Source: Candidatus Hadarchaeum sp. (GTDB lineage Archaea > Hadarchaeota > Hadarchaeia > Hadarchaeales > Hadarchaeaceae). From it: a stretch of 64,000 nucleotides of DNA. The first letter of the stretch is position 1, and every line of letters starts with the position of its first letter. The DNA lies in NCBI RefSeq assembly GCF_049969415.1, contig NZ_JBMFOX010000001.1, forward strand, positions 2,405 to 66,404. The letters run 5' to 3'. The notes below the pieces were generated by a model. The model saw only the letters and a program-made list of their open reading frames with translations. It was not told the DNA's origin and did no database searches. Made by a program: the position numbers and the translations under genes. This document shows, piece by piece, positions 45,048-55,343 of the stretch.

Positions 45048-45304
45048 AGCTCAAGCCCGGAGCCGTAATAACCGAGCCCGGAAACTCGGAAAAATACGAA
45101 ACCGGAGGCTGGAGGACCTTCTCTCCCGTAGTCGACCCGGCCAAATGCACCGGCTGCGGAATCTGCTGGCTCTTCTGCCCCGAGGCGGCGATATCTAAAG
45201 GCAAGCCGCCCAAAATCGACCTCAGATACTGCAAGGGGTGCGGCATCTGCGCCAACGAATGTCCCGTCAAGGCGATAGCCATGAAGGAGGGCGGTAACCG
45301 ATGA
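45044..45304 (+). CDS. porD: Pyruvate:ferredoxin oxidoreductase delta subunit (2x[4Fe-4S])
   Basis: [12 protein letters not shown] and [12 protein letters not shown]. Confidence 0.85.
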   Translation: MKLKPGAVITEPGNSEKYETGGWRTFSPVVDPAKCTGCGICWLFCPEAAISKGKPPKIDLRYCKGCGICANECPVKAIAMKEGGNR

Positions 45305-46482
45305 AACAGATAATCGACGGCAATGAGGCGGCCGCTCTTGCCGCCAAGCTGGCCCGGGTGAAGGTGATCTCGGCTTACCCTATAACCCCGCAGACGACCG
45401 TCGTTGAAAAACTAGCGGAATACATCTCCAACGGGGAACTGGATGCGGAGTTCATCAAGGTCGAGTCGGAGCACAGCGCCATGAGTGCCTGCATCGGCGC
45501 GGCGGCCACAGGCGTGCGCGCTTTCACGGCGACCTCATCACAAGGACTCCTTCTCATGAACGAGATGCTATACGTGGCCTCCGGGCTCAGACTACCGATC
45601 GTCATGACCAACGCCAACCGCTCGGTGTCCGCCCCGCTCAGCATCTGGTGCGACCAGCAGGACTCAATGACGGTGCGGGACTCGGGCTGGATCCAGCTCT
45701 ACTGTGAGAACAATCAGGAGATCCTCGACACCACCATCCAGGCCTTTCGTATCGCCGAGGAAGTCCTGCTCCCCGTCATGGTCTGCTACGATGGTTACAT
45801 CCTCTCCCACACGCTGGAACCCGTCGACTGTCCCAGCCAAGAGGAAGTCGACGCCTTTCTGCCTCCCTACCGCTACCCCTACGCGCTCGACCCCGAGAAG
45901 CCGGTGACGATGGGGCCCGTCGGCGTCCCCGAATACTACATGGAATTCAGATACCTGCTACAGAAAGCGGTTCAGGAGGCAAAGCCCAAAATCGAGGAAA
46001 TCGACGCTGAATTCAGAAATCGCTTTGGCCGCGGCTATGGAATTATGGAGAAATACCAAAGCGACGACGCGGAAGTGATAATACTCACCATGGGCTCGCT
46101 TAGCAGCAGCTCCAAGGATGTGGTGGATCGGCTAAGAAAACATGGAGAAAAGGTGGGGCTGGTGAAGCTGAAATCATTTCGCCCCTTCCCGGTCGAGGAA
46201 ATGGTCGAAGCCTTAGGGCGGGCCAAGGCCATCGCGGTGATAGAGAAGGACATCTCCCTCGGCCACGCGGGAGGCCTCTTCATCGACACGGCGGCGGCCT
46301 TCGTCAACCGAGGTCGGGCCCCGCTGCTGCTCAACTTTATCTGCGGACTGGCCGGAAGGGACGTCACCTCGGCCCATATCGAGCAGGCCGTCAGAGAGGC
46401 ACAAATGGCGGCTGAGACCGGTGAGGTCAAGGAAAAGATCAGGTGGTTGGGTCTTCAGGAAAACTTGGTGAGTGATGATTGA
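45301..46482 (+). CDS. porA: Pyruvate:ferredoxin oxidoreductase alpha subunit
   Basis: Domain order and the YPITPQT motif. 4-nt overlaps on both sides. Confidence 0.85.
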   Translation: MKQIIDGNEAAALAAKLARVKVISAYPITPQTTVVEKLAEYISNGELDAEFIKVESEHSAMSACIGAAATGVRAFTATSSQGLLLMNEMLYVASGLRLPIVMTNANRSVSAPLSIWCDQQDSMTVRDSGWIQLYCENNQEILDTTIQAFRIAEEVLLPVMVCYDGYILSHTLEPVDCPSQEEVDAFLPPYRYPYALDPEKPVTMGPVGVPEYYMEFRYLLQKAVQEAKPKIEEIDAEFRNRFGRGYGIMEKYQSDDAEVIILTMGSLSSSSKDVVDRLRKHGEKVGLVKLKSFRPFPVEEMVEALGRAKAIAVIEKDISLGHAGGLFIDTAAAFVNRGRAPLLLNFICGLAGRDVTSAHIEQAVREAQMAAETGEVKEKIRWLGLQENLVSDD

Positions 46483-47354
46483 TGAAGGAGATTTCAGATC
46501 TGGAACTGCTGGCCCCGGGCCACCGCGCCTGCGCCGGCTGCCCCTGCGCCCTATCGCTGCGCCACGCGCTGAAGGCGCTGGGCAAGAACGTCATCATCAG
46601 CCAGGCCACGGGATGCATGGAAGTAACCACGACGCCGTATCCGGAAACCGCCTGGAGGGTGCCATGGATACACGTTGCCTTCGAAAATGCCGCCGCCGTT
46701 GCCTCCGGGGTTTCCCGGGCGCTAAAGGTGCTGGGCAAAACACACGTCAAATCGGTCGCCATCGCCGGTGACGGTGGCACAGCCGATATCGGGATCCAAG
46801 CGCTCTCCGGTGCCGTGGAGAGAGGCGAGGACATCCTTTACCTCTGCTATGACAACGAGGCCTACATGAACACCGGAATCCAGCGAAGCGGGGCCACCCC
46901 CTTCGGCGCCTGGACCACCACGACGCCCGTGGGTAAGGTTAAGAGGGGCGAGGATCTGCCGAAGAAGGACATGCCGGCAATAATGATTGCCCACGGAGCC
47001 CCCTATGTGGCCACGGCCTCGGTCGCCTATCCCCTCGACTTTCAGAAGAAGGTGAAAAAAGCGGCGTCAATTAAAGGCCCCACTTACGTGCACGTGCACG
47101 CCCCGTGCGTCCCGGGATGGAGAATCGACAGCAGCAAGTCGATAGAGGTGGCCCGCCTGGCCGTGCTCACGGGTGCCTGGATCCTGTACGAGTTTGAAGC
47201 GGGCAAGATAAACGTCACCTTCAAGCCCGCAAAAAGAAGGCCGGTCGCCGAGTATCTGAAGGCGCAGGGCAGGTTCAGGCATTTGACTGAAGAGGAGATG
47301 GCGCGGATACAGCAAATGGTCGACGAGCAGTGCCAAAAGTTCGGGATCCCTTAA
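46479..47354 (+). CDS. porB: Pyruvate:ferredoxin oxidoreductase beta subunit (TPP-binding)
   Basis: GCPCALS... and [12 protein letters not shown] motif. Confidence 0.85.
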   Translation: MMKEISDLELLAPGHRACAGCPCALSLRHALKALGKNVIISQATGCMEVTTTPYPETAWRVPWIHVAFENAAAVASGVSRALKVLGKTHVKSVAIAGDGGTADIGIQALSGAVERGEDILYLCYDNEAYMNTGIQRSGATPFGAWTTTTPVGKVKRGEDLPKKDMPAIMIAHGAPYVATASVAYPLDFQKKVKKAASIKGPTYVHVHAPCVPGWRIDSSKSIEVARLAVLTGAWILYEFEAGKINVTFKPAKRRPVAEYLKAQGRFRHLTEEEMARIQQMVDEQCQKFGIP

Positions 47355-47468
47355 ATTGAGCATCAAAGAGGATTGTCCTCCGAATCTCCGGAAAACAGGG
47401 GGCTTAAGTTCCGCATAGTCCCATTCAATTTCTTTATTATCCGAAACATTGGAGTTAAAGGGAGAAAG

Positions 47469-49775
47469 ATGGAAAGAGCGGAAATTCAGGTCAGCGGCAT
47501 CGTGCAGGGTGTGGGCTTCAGGCCGTTCGTATACCGGCTGGCAACCAAACACCAACTTGTGGGATTTGTCCGCAATATGGGTGACGCCGGAGTCCAGATA
47601 GTGGTCGAGGGGAGAAGGGAAAAAATCATGGAATTCATCCAAGCGCTCCGGTCGGAAAAACCACCGCGCTCGAGCATCGAATCCATAGCCGTTTTCTGGC
47701 AACCGCCCTCCCGAGAATTCAAGGACTTTCAGGTCCACTCCAGCGACAGGAAGCAGCTGGGCCTTCCCTCGGTGATCCCACCCGACCTCGCCCTTTGCGA
47801 TGAGTGCCTCGGCGAGATGCTCGACAAAAATGACCGAAGGTACCACTACCCGTTCATAACCTGCGTCAACTGCGGTCCTAGATTCACCATCATCGAAGAG
47901 CTCCCCTACGACCGCGTCAGAACCTCCATGAAACATTTCCCGCTCTGTTCTGACTGCCTCTGCGAGTACCTAGATCCGGCTGACAGAAGATATCACGCCG
48001 AGCCCACGGCCTGCCCCGTCTGCGGACCCCGCATGGAGCTGTACCATTCCAGCGGCGAGATCGTCAGAACGGGGGACCCGGTCACTGAGGCAGCACGACT
48101 GCTTGATGAAGGATGCTTGGTCGCCGTGAAGGGAATCGGAGGCATCCACATCGCTGCGAGGACCACCGACGACGGGGTGCTGGAGAGGTTGAGGAAGGAG
48201 TTCGATCACCCCCAGCAGCCCTTTGCGGTGATGTCCAAGGACCTAGATACTGTGAGAACCTTCGCTGAGGTATCACTGGAAGAAGCGGAGCTGCTCACCT
48301 CCTACCGTAGACCAATCGTCATTCTGAAAAAATCACCGAATTATCATCTCTCCGAGCTGGTGGCCCCGGGACTTGACACCATCGGGGTGATGCTCCCCTA
48401 CTCCGGAATCCATCATCTCCTCCTGCACGCAGGAAGGGAGCCGGCTTATGTGATGACCAGCGCCAACGTGACCGGGCTTCCCATGATCGTGGACAACAAC
48501 GAGGCCTTGGCGAGGCTGAAAAACGTCGTCGATTACCTGCTGCTGCACAACCGCATCATCGTCAACAGGTGCGACGACTCGGTGGTCAAGATGATCGAGG
48601 GCAAGCCCGCCTTCCTGAGGCGCTCCCGCGGCTTTGTCCCCGAGCCGATTCAGCTCGCCTTCAACAGTGACCGCAGCGTGCTGGCTCTGGGCGGGGACCT
48701 CAACGTCACCGCGTCGATTTTAACCGGCAATCGCTGCTTTCTCAGCCAGCACATAGGGGATACCTCCAAGCTCGAAACTCTGGAGTATCTGCAGGAGGCG
48801 ATTGCCAGGCTGAGGCACCTGCTGAACCTGCAAAAAGTTGATTTCGTGGCTCATGACCTGCACCCAGAATATTCCACTTCCCGGATTGCTCCCCAAATGG
48901 CGGAGAAGTTCCAAGCCCGGACCGTTGCCGTCCAGCACCACCACGCCCACCTGTGCGCCCTCATGGCCGAACATGGGCTCGACGAACTAGTGGGAGTGGC
49001 CGCAGATGGTGTCGGCTACGGGCCCGACGGGACGGCCTGGGGCGGGGAGATCATGGTGGCCAGATTGGACTCTTATGAACATCGCGGCGGTCTGGTGAAA
49101 CAGCCGATGCCGGGCGGAGATCTGGCCGCAATTTATCCGGCCAGGATGGTTGCTGGAATTCTCTGGGGACACCTTGAAACCGCCGAACTCGATCGCGTCC
49201 TTCGCGAGTACTGCCCGAACGGTTTTAAATACGGGGAAAGTGAGCGGAAAATCGTCCTCCAACAGCTGGAAAGAAAATTAAATGTGTTCCCGAGCAGCAG
49301 CTGCGGCCGGGTTCTGGATGCCGTCTCCTGTCTCCTAGGAATCTGCTTCCAGCGGACCTACGAGGGCGAGCCTGCCATAAAGCTGGAGGCAGCTGCTGAA
49401 GGCGGGGAGGCCGATAAAGTCAACATTGAACCGGCTGTGGAAAACCTCGGCGGTAAGCTGATGCTAAACACCTCGAAGTTGCTCCTAGATGTCTTGGCCG
49501 CCAGAAAAAGGAATGTTCCGCGCAAGCACATTGCCGCCGCAGCCCAGCTGGCAATTGCCCGCGGACTAAGCCAGATGGCCATTGAAGTGGCCAAATCGGA
49601 GGGAATCGAGGTAATCGGCGCGTCCGGCGGCGTCTTCTGTAACTGGGCCATCACCGTTGCCGTGAGAAAGGAGGTGGAAGAGTCCGGACTAAAGTTCGTT
49701 CGGCACGAGCTGCTGCCTCCCGGGGATGGTTGCCTCTCGGTGGGACAAGCGGTGGTCGCTTCGCGGATGACCTGA
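47469..49775 (+). CDS. hypF: [NiFe]-hydrogenase maturation carbamoyltransferase HypF
   Basis: Acylphosphatase domain (VQGVGFRPFV), two CxxC-x18-CxxC zinc fingers, YrdC-like and Kae1/YgjD-like domains. Start at MERAEIQV. Confidence 0.9.
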   Translation: MERAEIQVSGIVQGVGFRPFVYRLATKHQLVGFVRNMGDAGVQIVVEGRREKIMEFIQALRSEKPPRSSIESIAVFWQPPSREFKDFQVHSSDRKQLGLPSVIPPDLALCDECLGEMLDKNDRRYHYPFITCVNCGPRFTIIEELPYDRVRTSMKHFPLCSDCLCEYLDPADRRYHAEPTACPVCGPRMELYHSSGEIVRTGDPVTEAARLLDEGCLVAVKGIGGIHIAARTTDDGVLERLRKEFDHPQQPFAVMSKDLDTVRTFAEVSLEEAELLTSYRRPIVILKKSPNYHLSELVAPGLDTIGVMLPYSGIHHLLLHAGREPAYVMTSANVTGLPMIVDNNEALARLKNVVDYLLLHNRIIVNRCDDSVVKMIEGKPAFLRRSRGFVPEPIQLAFNSDRSVLALGGDLNVTASILTGNRCFLSQHIGDTSKLETLEYLQEAIARLRHLLNLQKVDFVAHDLHPEYSTSRIAPQMAEKFQARTVAVQHHHAHLCALMAEHGLDELVGVAADGVGYGPDGTAWGGEIMVARLDSYEHRGGLVKQPMPGGDLAAIYPARMVAGILWGHLETAELDRVLREYCPNGFKYGESERKIVLQQLERKLNVFPSSSCGRVLDAVSCLLGICFQRTYEGEPAIKLEAAAEGGEADKVNIEPAVENLGGKLMLNTSKLLLDVLAARKRNVPRKHIAAAAQLAIARGLSQMAIEVAKSEGIEVIGASGGVFCNWAITVAVRKEVEESGLKFVRHELLPPGDGCLSVGQAVVASRMT

Positions 49776-50700
49776 GTTGCCCTGCCAGACATTCGGGGGC
49801 TGCCTTCATTTTTTCCTCGCCCAACAGCTGCTCGGCCTCTGAAATCAGCACCATCAACCGCGTTTTGCTCAGCCCAATTCTGGTCAACTGGTTTGGGTCC
49901 GTGGTGAGCAACTGTCTGACCAGAACCACGCCGGCGGAACTCAGTCTTTCCAGCGTCCCTTTATCAACCGATCTCAGCACGGTTACCGGGTACAGCCCCC
50001 TCCTCTCAATCATCTTCTCTAGTCCACAGCCCCGGGGGTACCTCCAGCAGATTAATTTTACTCCACGGCATTCGGCATACCTCGTGGCATCACCAGAGGC
50101 TTTGGTATTGGAAACCAGCCAAACCTCATCAAACCTTTCTCCCCCACCCTGCTCAGCGGCCTCGTTCAAATCCAAAAACCGCGCGTAGGTGTACATGACG
50201 TCCTTGAGTCCCACCGCGGTCCCGGGCAGGTTGTGAAACTTGCACTCGACCATGGCCCGAATAAAATCACCGTCGGTCTTCTCCGCGATCACATCAACCT
50301 CATGCCGCACGCATCTTCCCTTCACGATGCTCCTTAACCTCGTCTGGTATCCGTAGTACCTAAGCAGCTCGGCGATGTAGTTTTCAAAGGTGAAACCTGC
50401 CGGGCCAAGGCGCATTATCGCTTCTTTTAAGCCATAGCGCATCGCCACTGGCGGTTGCTGCTCGGAAATCATGGACTTGACGAGTTTCAGAATCTCCTTG
50501 GTGGTTATTCCGTCGTAGACCCTGCACTCAATTTTCTTAACAATCGCCCCGGCCACCTCCCGGCTGGCGCCTGCTCGGCGCAGGGTCCGCAGTATCTTAT
50601 CCGGGCGGAAATCCTCGACCTGACCATTAGATTTAACGACCCGGATTACCAATAGCGCCCCCTCCATTACTGAGACTCCAAAAGAATTTAAAGTGGTCAT
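49651..50700 (-). CDS. ATP-cone domain fused to a restriction-endonuclease-like (Mrr-type) domain
   Basis: N-terminal ATP-cone pattern (VIRVVKSNGQVEDFRPDKI...). A PD-(D/E)xK-like DVIAEK...ECK segment. The last ~40 codons overlap the hypF 3' end antisense. Confidence 0.55.
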   Translation of the reverse strand: MTTLNSFGVSVMEGALLVIRVVKSNGQVEDFRPDKILRTLRRAGASREVAGAIVKKIECRVYDGITTKEILKLVKSMISEQQPPVAMRYGLKEAIMRLGPAGFTFENYIAELLRYYGYQTRLRSIVKGRCVRHEVDVIAEKTDGDFIRAMVECKFHNLPGTAVGLKDVMYTYARFLDLNEAAEQGGGERFDEVWLVSNTKASGDATRYAECRGVKLICWRYPRGCGLEKMIERRGLYPVTVLRSVDKGTLERLSSAGVVLVRQLLTTDPNQLTRIGLSKTRLMVLISEAEQLLGEEKMKAAPECLAGQLRSSAKRPPLVPPRGNHPREAAARAERTLVRTLPPPFSRQR

Positions 50701-50707
50701 GCCGCCA

Positions 50708-51313
50708 CTAGGACAAAAACCCGATCAAAACCAAGATGGTGTTGTAGGAATTATGGGCCAAAACCGCGCCACCGAGCCCAAAGTACAAATAAGCTACGGA
50801 AAGCAGCAGGCTGGCCGGCAACATGGAAATGACGATTGCAGGATAGGTGCCGGGATTGGAAAGGTGAAAAGCCGAAAACAAAATGGCCGAGGTCAAGACC
50901 GCGAGAACTTTAGACCCGCGCCACCGAATCATCTCATCGATCAACACGCCGCGAAAGATCCATTCCTCGAATACGGGCAGCACATTGACCAACAATAAAG
51001 TCAACCAAGGATAGTCCTGCTCCAGCGACACAAAGGGATATTCCTCAGGAGAAACCGTCTCTATCCCTAAGTAAAACAGAACGGAACCAATCGCCATCGA
51101 TAAGACCAGCGAGAGAAAAGCGACCGAAAGCGCTCCGGTAATTAGGACCAGCCACTGCTTGGCCTTCATCCTTTTGACTAGGCGGAACCACTGCTTGGGA
51201 CGCAGCCTCTCCAAGTGGTAGGGCCGCTTCACTATTATCCGGCCCATGAAGACGCCGAGAGCCACCCCGGCAACGAGAATCCTGACCAAATCCAGCCAGT
51301 ACAAAAAAATCAC
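50708..51313 (-). CDS. CPBP-family (CAAX) intramembrane protease
   Basis: EEWIFRG and FSAFH motifs. Confidence 0.7.
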   Translation of the reverse strand: MIFLYWLDLVRILVAGVALGVFMGRIIVKRPYHLERLRPKQWFRLVKRMKAKQWLVLITGALSVAFLSLVLSMAIGSVLFYLGIETVSPEEYPFVSLEQDYPWLTLLLVNVLPVFEEWIFRGVLIDEMIRWRGSKVLAVLTSAILFSAFHLSNPGTYPAIVISMLPASLLLSVAYLYFGLGGAVLAHNSYNTILVLIGFLS

Positions 51314-51328
51314 GCGGATAGCCGTGAC

Positions 51329-51535
51329 TCAGCGATGCTCGGGAAACGACCCCAGCTTTATCGTCCACACAGGAGTGTTCCCGCGCAGCCTCCGCTCCAC
51401 CTTCCCCTCCTCAGAGAGGTGGTAAAGATCGACGCGCAGCCTCACGATGTCGATGCCCGTCATTCGGGACAGCTCCTCAGTGGTAACCGGCGTTCCCGCT
51501 TCCTTCAGCGCCCTCAGGATCAACTCCTTTTTCAC
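51329..51535 (-). CDS. Small winged-helix protein
   Basis: 68 aa, HTH-like. Confidence 0.35.
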   Translation of the reverse strand: MKKELILRALKEAGTPVTTEELSRMTGIDIVRLRVDLYHLSEEGKVERRLRGNTPVWTIKLGSFPEHR

Positions 51536-51539
51536 CCCA

Positions 51540-51860
51540 TCACCCCTCCTTAAGCCTCTCCAGCGCCTCCAGGGCTGATTTTATTCTATCCAGCAGTTCT
51601 AAAGTCTTAGCGTGATCCGTCTCCTTGGCAAGCTGTTCAGCGAGGGCATCTATCTTTGCCTGCAGCGTCGCCCGGACCTTATCGAGCGCCTGGTCCTTGG
51701 TCTCAGCTACAGATTTCTTCGCCCGGCCACCGCAAACGGGACAAACCACCCTTCCCTGGTACTCAAACAGGGGACTCATGCAGCTGCCGCAGTGGACCGC
51801 CAACATCTTGCCTCCGGCCATCAGCATCTCCACGACCTTGGGTATGTCCTCCTCCTTCAT
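51540..51860 (-). CDS. Zinc-ribbon protein (UPF0148 / autoantigen-p27-like) with a C-terminal coiled coil
   Basis: HCGSCMSPLFEYQGRVVCPVCG. Confidence 0.45.
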   Translation of the reverse strand: MKEEDIPKVVEMLMAGGKMLAVHCGSCMSPLFEYQGRVVCPVCGGRAKKSVAETKDQALDKVRATLQAKIDALAEQLAKETDHAKTLELLDRIKSALEALERLKEG

Positions 51861-51924
51861 GCTCTACCCCAAAACCCTTTATTTGGGCCCGGGATTAAAA
51901 TTAGATGATTGAGCATGTGGCGGG

Positions 51925-52191
51925 GTGATGTCCGTGTCCTCAGAGGAAAAACTGAAGCAGGTTGCAGAGATGATGTCGCGTGTGGCCGAGGACACTACCG
52001 TTCCGCGGAACATCCGCAGGGCCGTTGGCGAGGCCAAGAATGCCCTTTTGAACAAAAGCAACGACGCCATGGTCAGGGCTTCAACTGCCATCTCGATCCT
52101 TGATGAGATAAGCAATGATCCCAACATGCCCGTTCACACCCGCACCCTGATCTGGAACGCCATCAGCATTCTAGAGACCATTCGCGAGTGA
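51925..52191 (+). CDS. UPF0147-family small archaeal protein
   Basis: Pattern ...VPRNIRRA...AISILDEIS.DPNMP.HTRT.IW. Confidence 0.5.
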   Translation: MMSVSSEEKLKQVAEMMSRVAEDTTVPRNIRRAVGEAKNALLNKSNDAMVRASTAISILDEISNDPNMPVHTRTLIWNAISILETIRE

Positions 52192-52263
52192 GGATGAAAT
52201 TTGACAGCCCTTATCTGCACCTGCGAAAGAAGATAGGGCAAATGCCGCCTGAGGTGTTTAGTT

Positions 52264-52611
52264 ATGACCATCGACATCAAGCCGCTGGTAAAACTAATGA
52301 AAAAGAGGGACCTCAAAGGCGCCAGAGACTGGCTCGAGGCAAACCGAGGCAAAATCGATCCCAATGATGAGTTCGCTAGGGGCTACCTGCTGGCGCTGCA
52401 AGGAATGGTCTCCGCGCTGGAATCCGGTGGCGAGCTCGCCGCCATCAACAAGGTGCTGGAGAAGAAATATTCTGGCGAGCAAATAGCCGAAATCATAAGC
52501 GAGACGAGGAGTAGGATCGCGCAAAAGTTCCGGCCGGCTGACGAACGGGGTTTCAACACCGCCTGGGTAGATATCCTCAGCGAACTTTCGGTTAAAAACC
52601 CTGAGGACTAA
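52264..52611 (+). CDS. Hypothetical protein, 115 aa
   Basis: Clean ORF; no motif recognised. Confidence 0.4.
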   Translation: MTIDIKPLVKLMKKRDLKGARDWLEANRGKIDPNDEFARGYLLALQGMVSALESGGELAAINKVLEKKYSGEQIAEIISETRSRIAQKFRPADERGFNTAWVDILSELSVKNPED

Positions 52612-52616
52612 GTCCG

Positions 52617-53231
52617 CTAATCCTCCGTGGATTTCTTAGCCGGAGGACGGACGAATATCCGGTATTTGTCGACGCCCTGCAGCTCCATCACGATCCTCTT
52701 GGCGATCAGCGATTTCACGTTCACCAGACCTTTAACCCGGTTCTCTATATCGGCAAAGTCGACGAAGGGGCTCTTCTTCCTCTCTTCGATTATCGCCCAC
52801 ATCAGCTTCTTACCTATCCCAGGAATCAGCTCCAGCTGGTGGAAGCGGGTTGTCAGCGGCCCCGCCCTGTTGAAGAACTCGACAAAACGCTCGGGGTTTT
52901 CCTCGAGTAGGCTTTCCACCGCCGGCTGGAGCTCGGCCTTGGCTGCGGCGGTTAAGTCCTCATAGCCGATCCGGCGTTTTATCCTCTCGACCTTGTCCCG
53001 CTCACCCTTGCCAATGGAAACCCTTTCGTGCGGCACAAAGGTCACTCCCTTGAAGGGCACCACCTCCAGCAGCGTGAAGAAGGTGTCGCCGAGTATCTGG
53101 GCTATGGGCTCCCTCAGGTGAATGGGCCTGGGATCGTTAGGGTGGCCCTGAGGGAGAAAATCCAATACTATTCCCCGGTCCTCGTACTTTTTCTCCAAAA
53201 AACACGCCTCCGAGCCCGTTTCTTTAACCAC
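52617..53231 (-). CDS. DUF655-family HhH nucleic-acid-binding protein
   Basis: Conserved archaeal family adjacent to Rpo4 and L21e. HhH LIPGIGKKLMWAI. Confidence 0.55.
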   Translation of the reverse strand: MVKETGSEACFLEKKYEDRGIVLDFLPQGHPNDPRPIHLREPIAQILGDTFFTLLEVVPFKGVTFVPHERVSIGKGERDKVERIKRRIGYEDLTAAAKAELQPAVESLLEENPERFVEFFNRAGPLTTRFHQLELIPGIGKKLMWAIIEERKKSPFVDFADIENRVKGLVNVKSLIAKRIVMELQGVDKYRIFVRPPAKKSTED

Positions 53232-53562
53232 TATACTTCTTAACTAGCTCGAGAACCTTGTTCGCTTCGTCGTCTTCGAGTTTAACCCTCTCCTTGGAAA
53301 AAATCAGCTCCAAATCCTCCTTGGTCTCCGGCATCAGGTCAACGATCGCCACGGCCAAGTGCTCCTTGATTTTATCCATCTTCAGAAGCTCCTCCTTAAG
53401 CTCTTGGGCCTCTTTCGGCTTGAGTTTGGCGAACTTTTGAGCATAATCATAGGTGAGCCTCTGCCAGTACTCCAGCTCTCCCTCCTTCTTGACCTTCTCC
53501 AGAATGCCAAGGACCTCAGGAAGGGACACCGGTTTCTCCTTCACCACACGTTTGCCGATCAT
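53224..53562 (-). CDS. rpoF: RNA polymerase subunit Rpo4/F
   Basis: Size, a position between L21e and DUF655 that is conserved in archaea, and the helical pattern. Confidence 0.55.
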   Translation of the reverse strand: MIGKRVVKEKPVSLPEVLGILEKVKKEGELEYWQRLTYDYAQKFAKLKPKEAQELKEELLKMDKIKEHLAVAIVDLMPETKEDLELIFSKERVKLEDDEANKVLELVKKYSG

Positions 53563-53861
53563 GCCTCCACCAACCTAAGGTGTTCGGGACGGGAAATAAT
53601 CTTTTTTATTGAGCCACCGTCGCGGACGTCCACAACATAGGCCCGGCCCCGCCTCTCGCTGATAACTCCAGTCCTGCCGTGGTAGCGCGGATGCGGCTGT
53701 CCCTTGACCACGCCGGGGTCCAAAATTATGGAAACCTTGCTGCCCACGGGAAGGTCCTGAACTGCACGGCTGACAGGAGATAGCCCCTTCTCACGGGGGT
53801 GTTTGGTCAGCTTCTTCCGACTCTTGCTTCTCAATCCCTTGGAACGCCCGGACATCTTCAA
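53559..53861 (-). CDS. rpl21e: Ribosomal protein L21e
   Basis: MSGRSKGLRSKSRKKL...HPRYHGRTG. Confidence 0.85.
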   Translation of the reverse strand: MKMSGRSKGLRSKSRKKLTKHPREKGLSPVSRAVQDLPVGSKVSIILDPGVVKGQPHPRYHGRTGVISERRGRAYVVDVRDGGSIKKIISRPEHLRLVEA

Positions 53862-53911
53862 TCACATAAGACGATTTTTTCCTGTCTAATTAAGTTGATT
53901 GTCTCGCCCGT

Positions 53912-55291
53912 TTAAGAGCCTTTTCCAGGGCCCTTCTCACCCGGCCCGTAACCAGACCGGAACAGCTTCCCCAGCTGTCCCATCCTCGGACCCCGGCCCT
54001 TGGCAAAGGCCTTGAGGAATCGCTTCATCAGCTCATACTGCTTCAAAAGCTCACGGACCTCGGTCTCGGTGGTTCCCGAGCCCCGCGCCACCCTGCGGAT
54101 GCGGGAGGCATTCAGGATCTTGGGGTCCTCAAGCTCCTGCGGGGTCATCGACTGCATGATGTACTTAAACTTCTTCAGCTTCTCCTCCCCCACCCTCATC
54201 TGCTCCTCGGGCAGGGAGACCCCTACTCCGGGAATCATCTGCATGATCTTTCTCAGCGGTCCCATCTTGCTCATCGCCTCCAGCTGTTCGTAGACGTCGC
54301 GGAGCGTTATCTTGCCCGCCATCATCGCCTTCACGTCCGCTGGCTTCAGCTTTTCCTCCTTGGTCACCTCCTCGATTTTCTGCAGCAGGGTTTCAAGATC
54401 ACCCATCCCGAGCAACCTAGCCACGAATTTCTCCGGCACGAATGGTTCGAGGTCTTCTATGTGCTCCCCGACGCCGATGAACTTTATCGGTGCCCCGGTG
54501 GCCGCGACGGCAGAGAGGGCGCCGCCGCCCTTGGCCGTGCCGTCCAGCTTGGTTACCAAGATAGACCCGATGGGAGTGGCCTGCTTGAACGCCGACGCCT
54601 GCTCCTTCGCCTGCTGTCCTATGGTGCCGTCGATGACCAGCATTATCTCATCTGGTTCCACGGCACGGGCAATCTCCTGCATCTCCTGCATCAGCGCCTC
54701 CTCGCGGCGATGTCTGCCCGCGGTGTCGACGATGATGAGCTCCGAGCGCTCCTTCTTGAAGCGCCTGACTCCCTCCTTAGCCAAGACTATCGGATCCGTT
54801 GACTCCGGATCTCCGAAGACCTCGACGCCTATCTGCTGGCCGAGCTGCCTCAGCTGCTCATAGGCCCCGGGGCGGTAGGTATCGGCACAGACTATCGCCG
54901 GCTTGTATCCGCGCTTCTTGAAGTAGGCAGCAAGCTTGGCAACGGATGTGGTCTTGCCGCTGCCCTGGAGGCCGACCATGAGGAGGACCTTCGACCTGCC
55001 CGCCTCAAGCTGGAGCGGCGCGGGTTTTCCCAAGAAGGCTGAGAGCTCCTCATAGACAATTTTGATAACGTGCTCCTTGCGGCTCATCCCTGGAGGCAGC
55101 TTTTCCTCAAGCGCCCTTTTCTCTATCCGCTTGGTGAGGTCCAACACCAATTCAACGTTGACGTCAGCTTGAAGCAATGCCCGCTGGATCTCTCTGACCA
55201 GCTCCTTAACCGCCCGCTCATCCACATGCGCCGCGCGAGTTATCTTCTGCAGGGCGCCATGCAGTGCCTTTCCCAGCTGTTCCAGAACCAT
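53912..55291 (-). CDS. srp54: Signal recognition particle protein SRP54
   Basis: NG domain GLQGSGKTT and DTAGR; Met-rich M domain. Confidence 0.9.
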   Translation of the reverse strand: MVLEQLGKALHGALQKITRAAHVDERAVKELVREIQRALLQADVNVELVLDLTKRIEKRALEEKLPPGMSRKEHVIKIVYEELSAFLGKPAPLQLEAGRSKVLLMVGLQGSGKTTSVAKLAAYFKKRGYKPAIVCADTYRPGAYEQLRQLGQQIGVEVFGDPESTDPIVLAKEGVRRFKKERSELIIVDTAGRHRREEALMQEMQEIARAVEPDEIMLVIDGTIGQQAKEQASAFKQATPIGSILVTKLDGTAKGGGALSAVAATGAPIKFIGVGEHIEDLEPFVPEKFVARLLGMGDLETLLQKIEEVTKEEKLKPADVKAMMAGKITLRDVYEQLEAMSKMGPLRKIMQMIPGVGVSLPEEQMRVGEEKLKKFKYIMQSMTPQELEDPKILNASRIRRVARGSGTTETEVRELLKQYELMKRFLKAFAKGRGPRMGQLGKLFRSGYGPGEKGPGKGS

Positions 55292-55343
55292 CGGCTCACT
55301 TCTCTAAATTCTCTCATGAAAGATAAATAAACATAGCAACTAA

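Noticed and set aside
47067-47936. 289-aa minus-strand ORF
   Set aside because: Antisense to the porB/hypF junction
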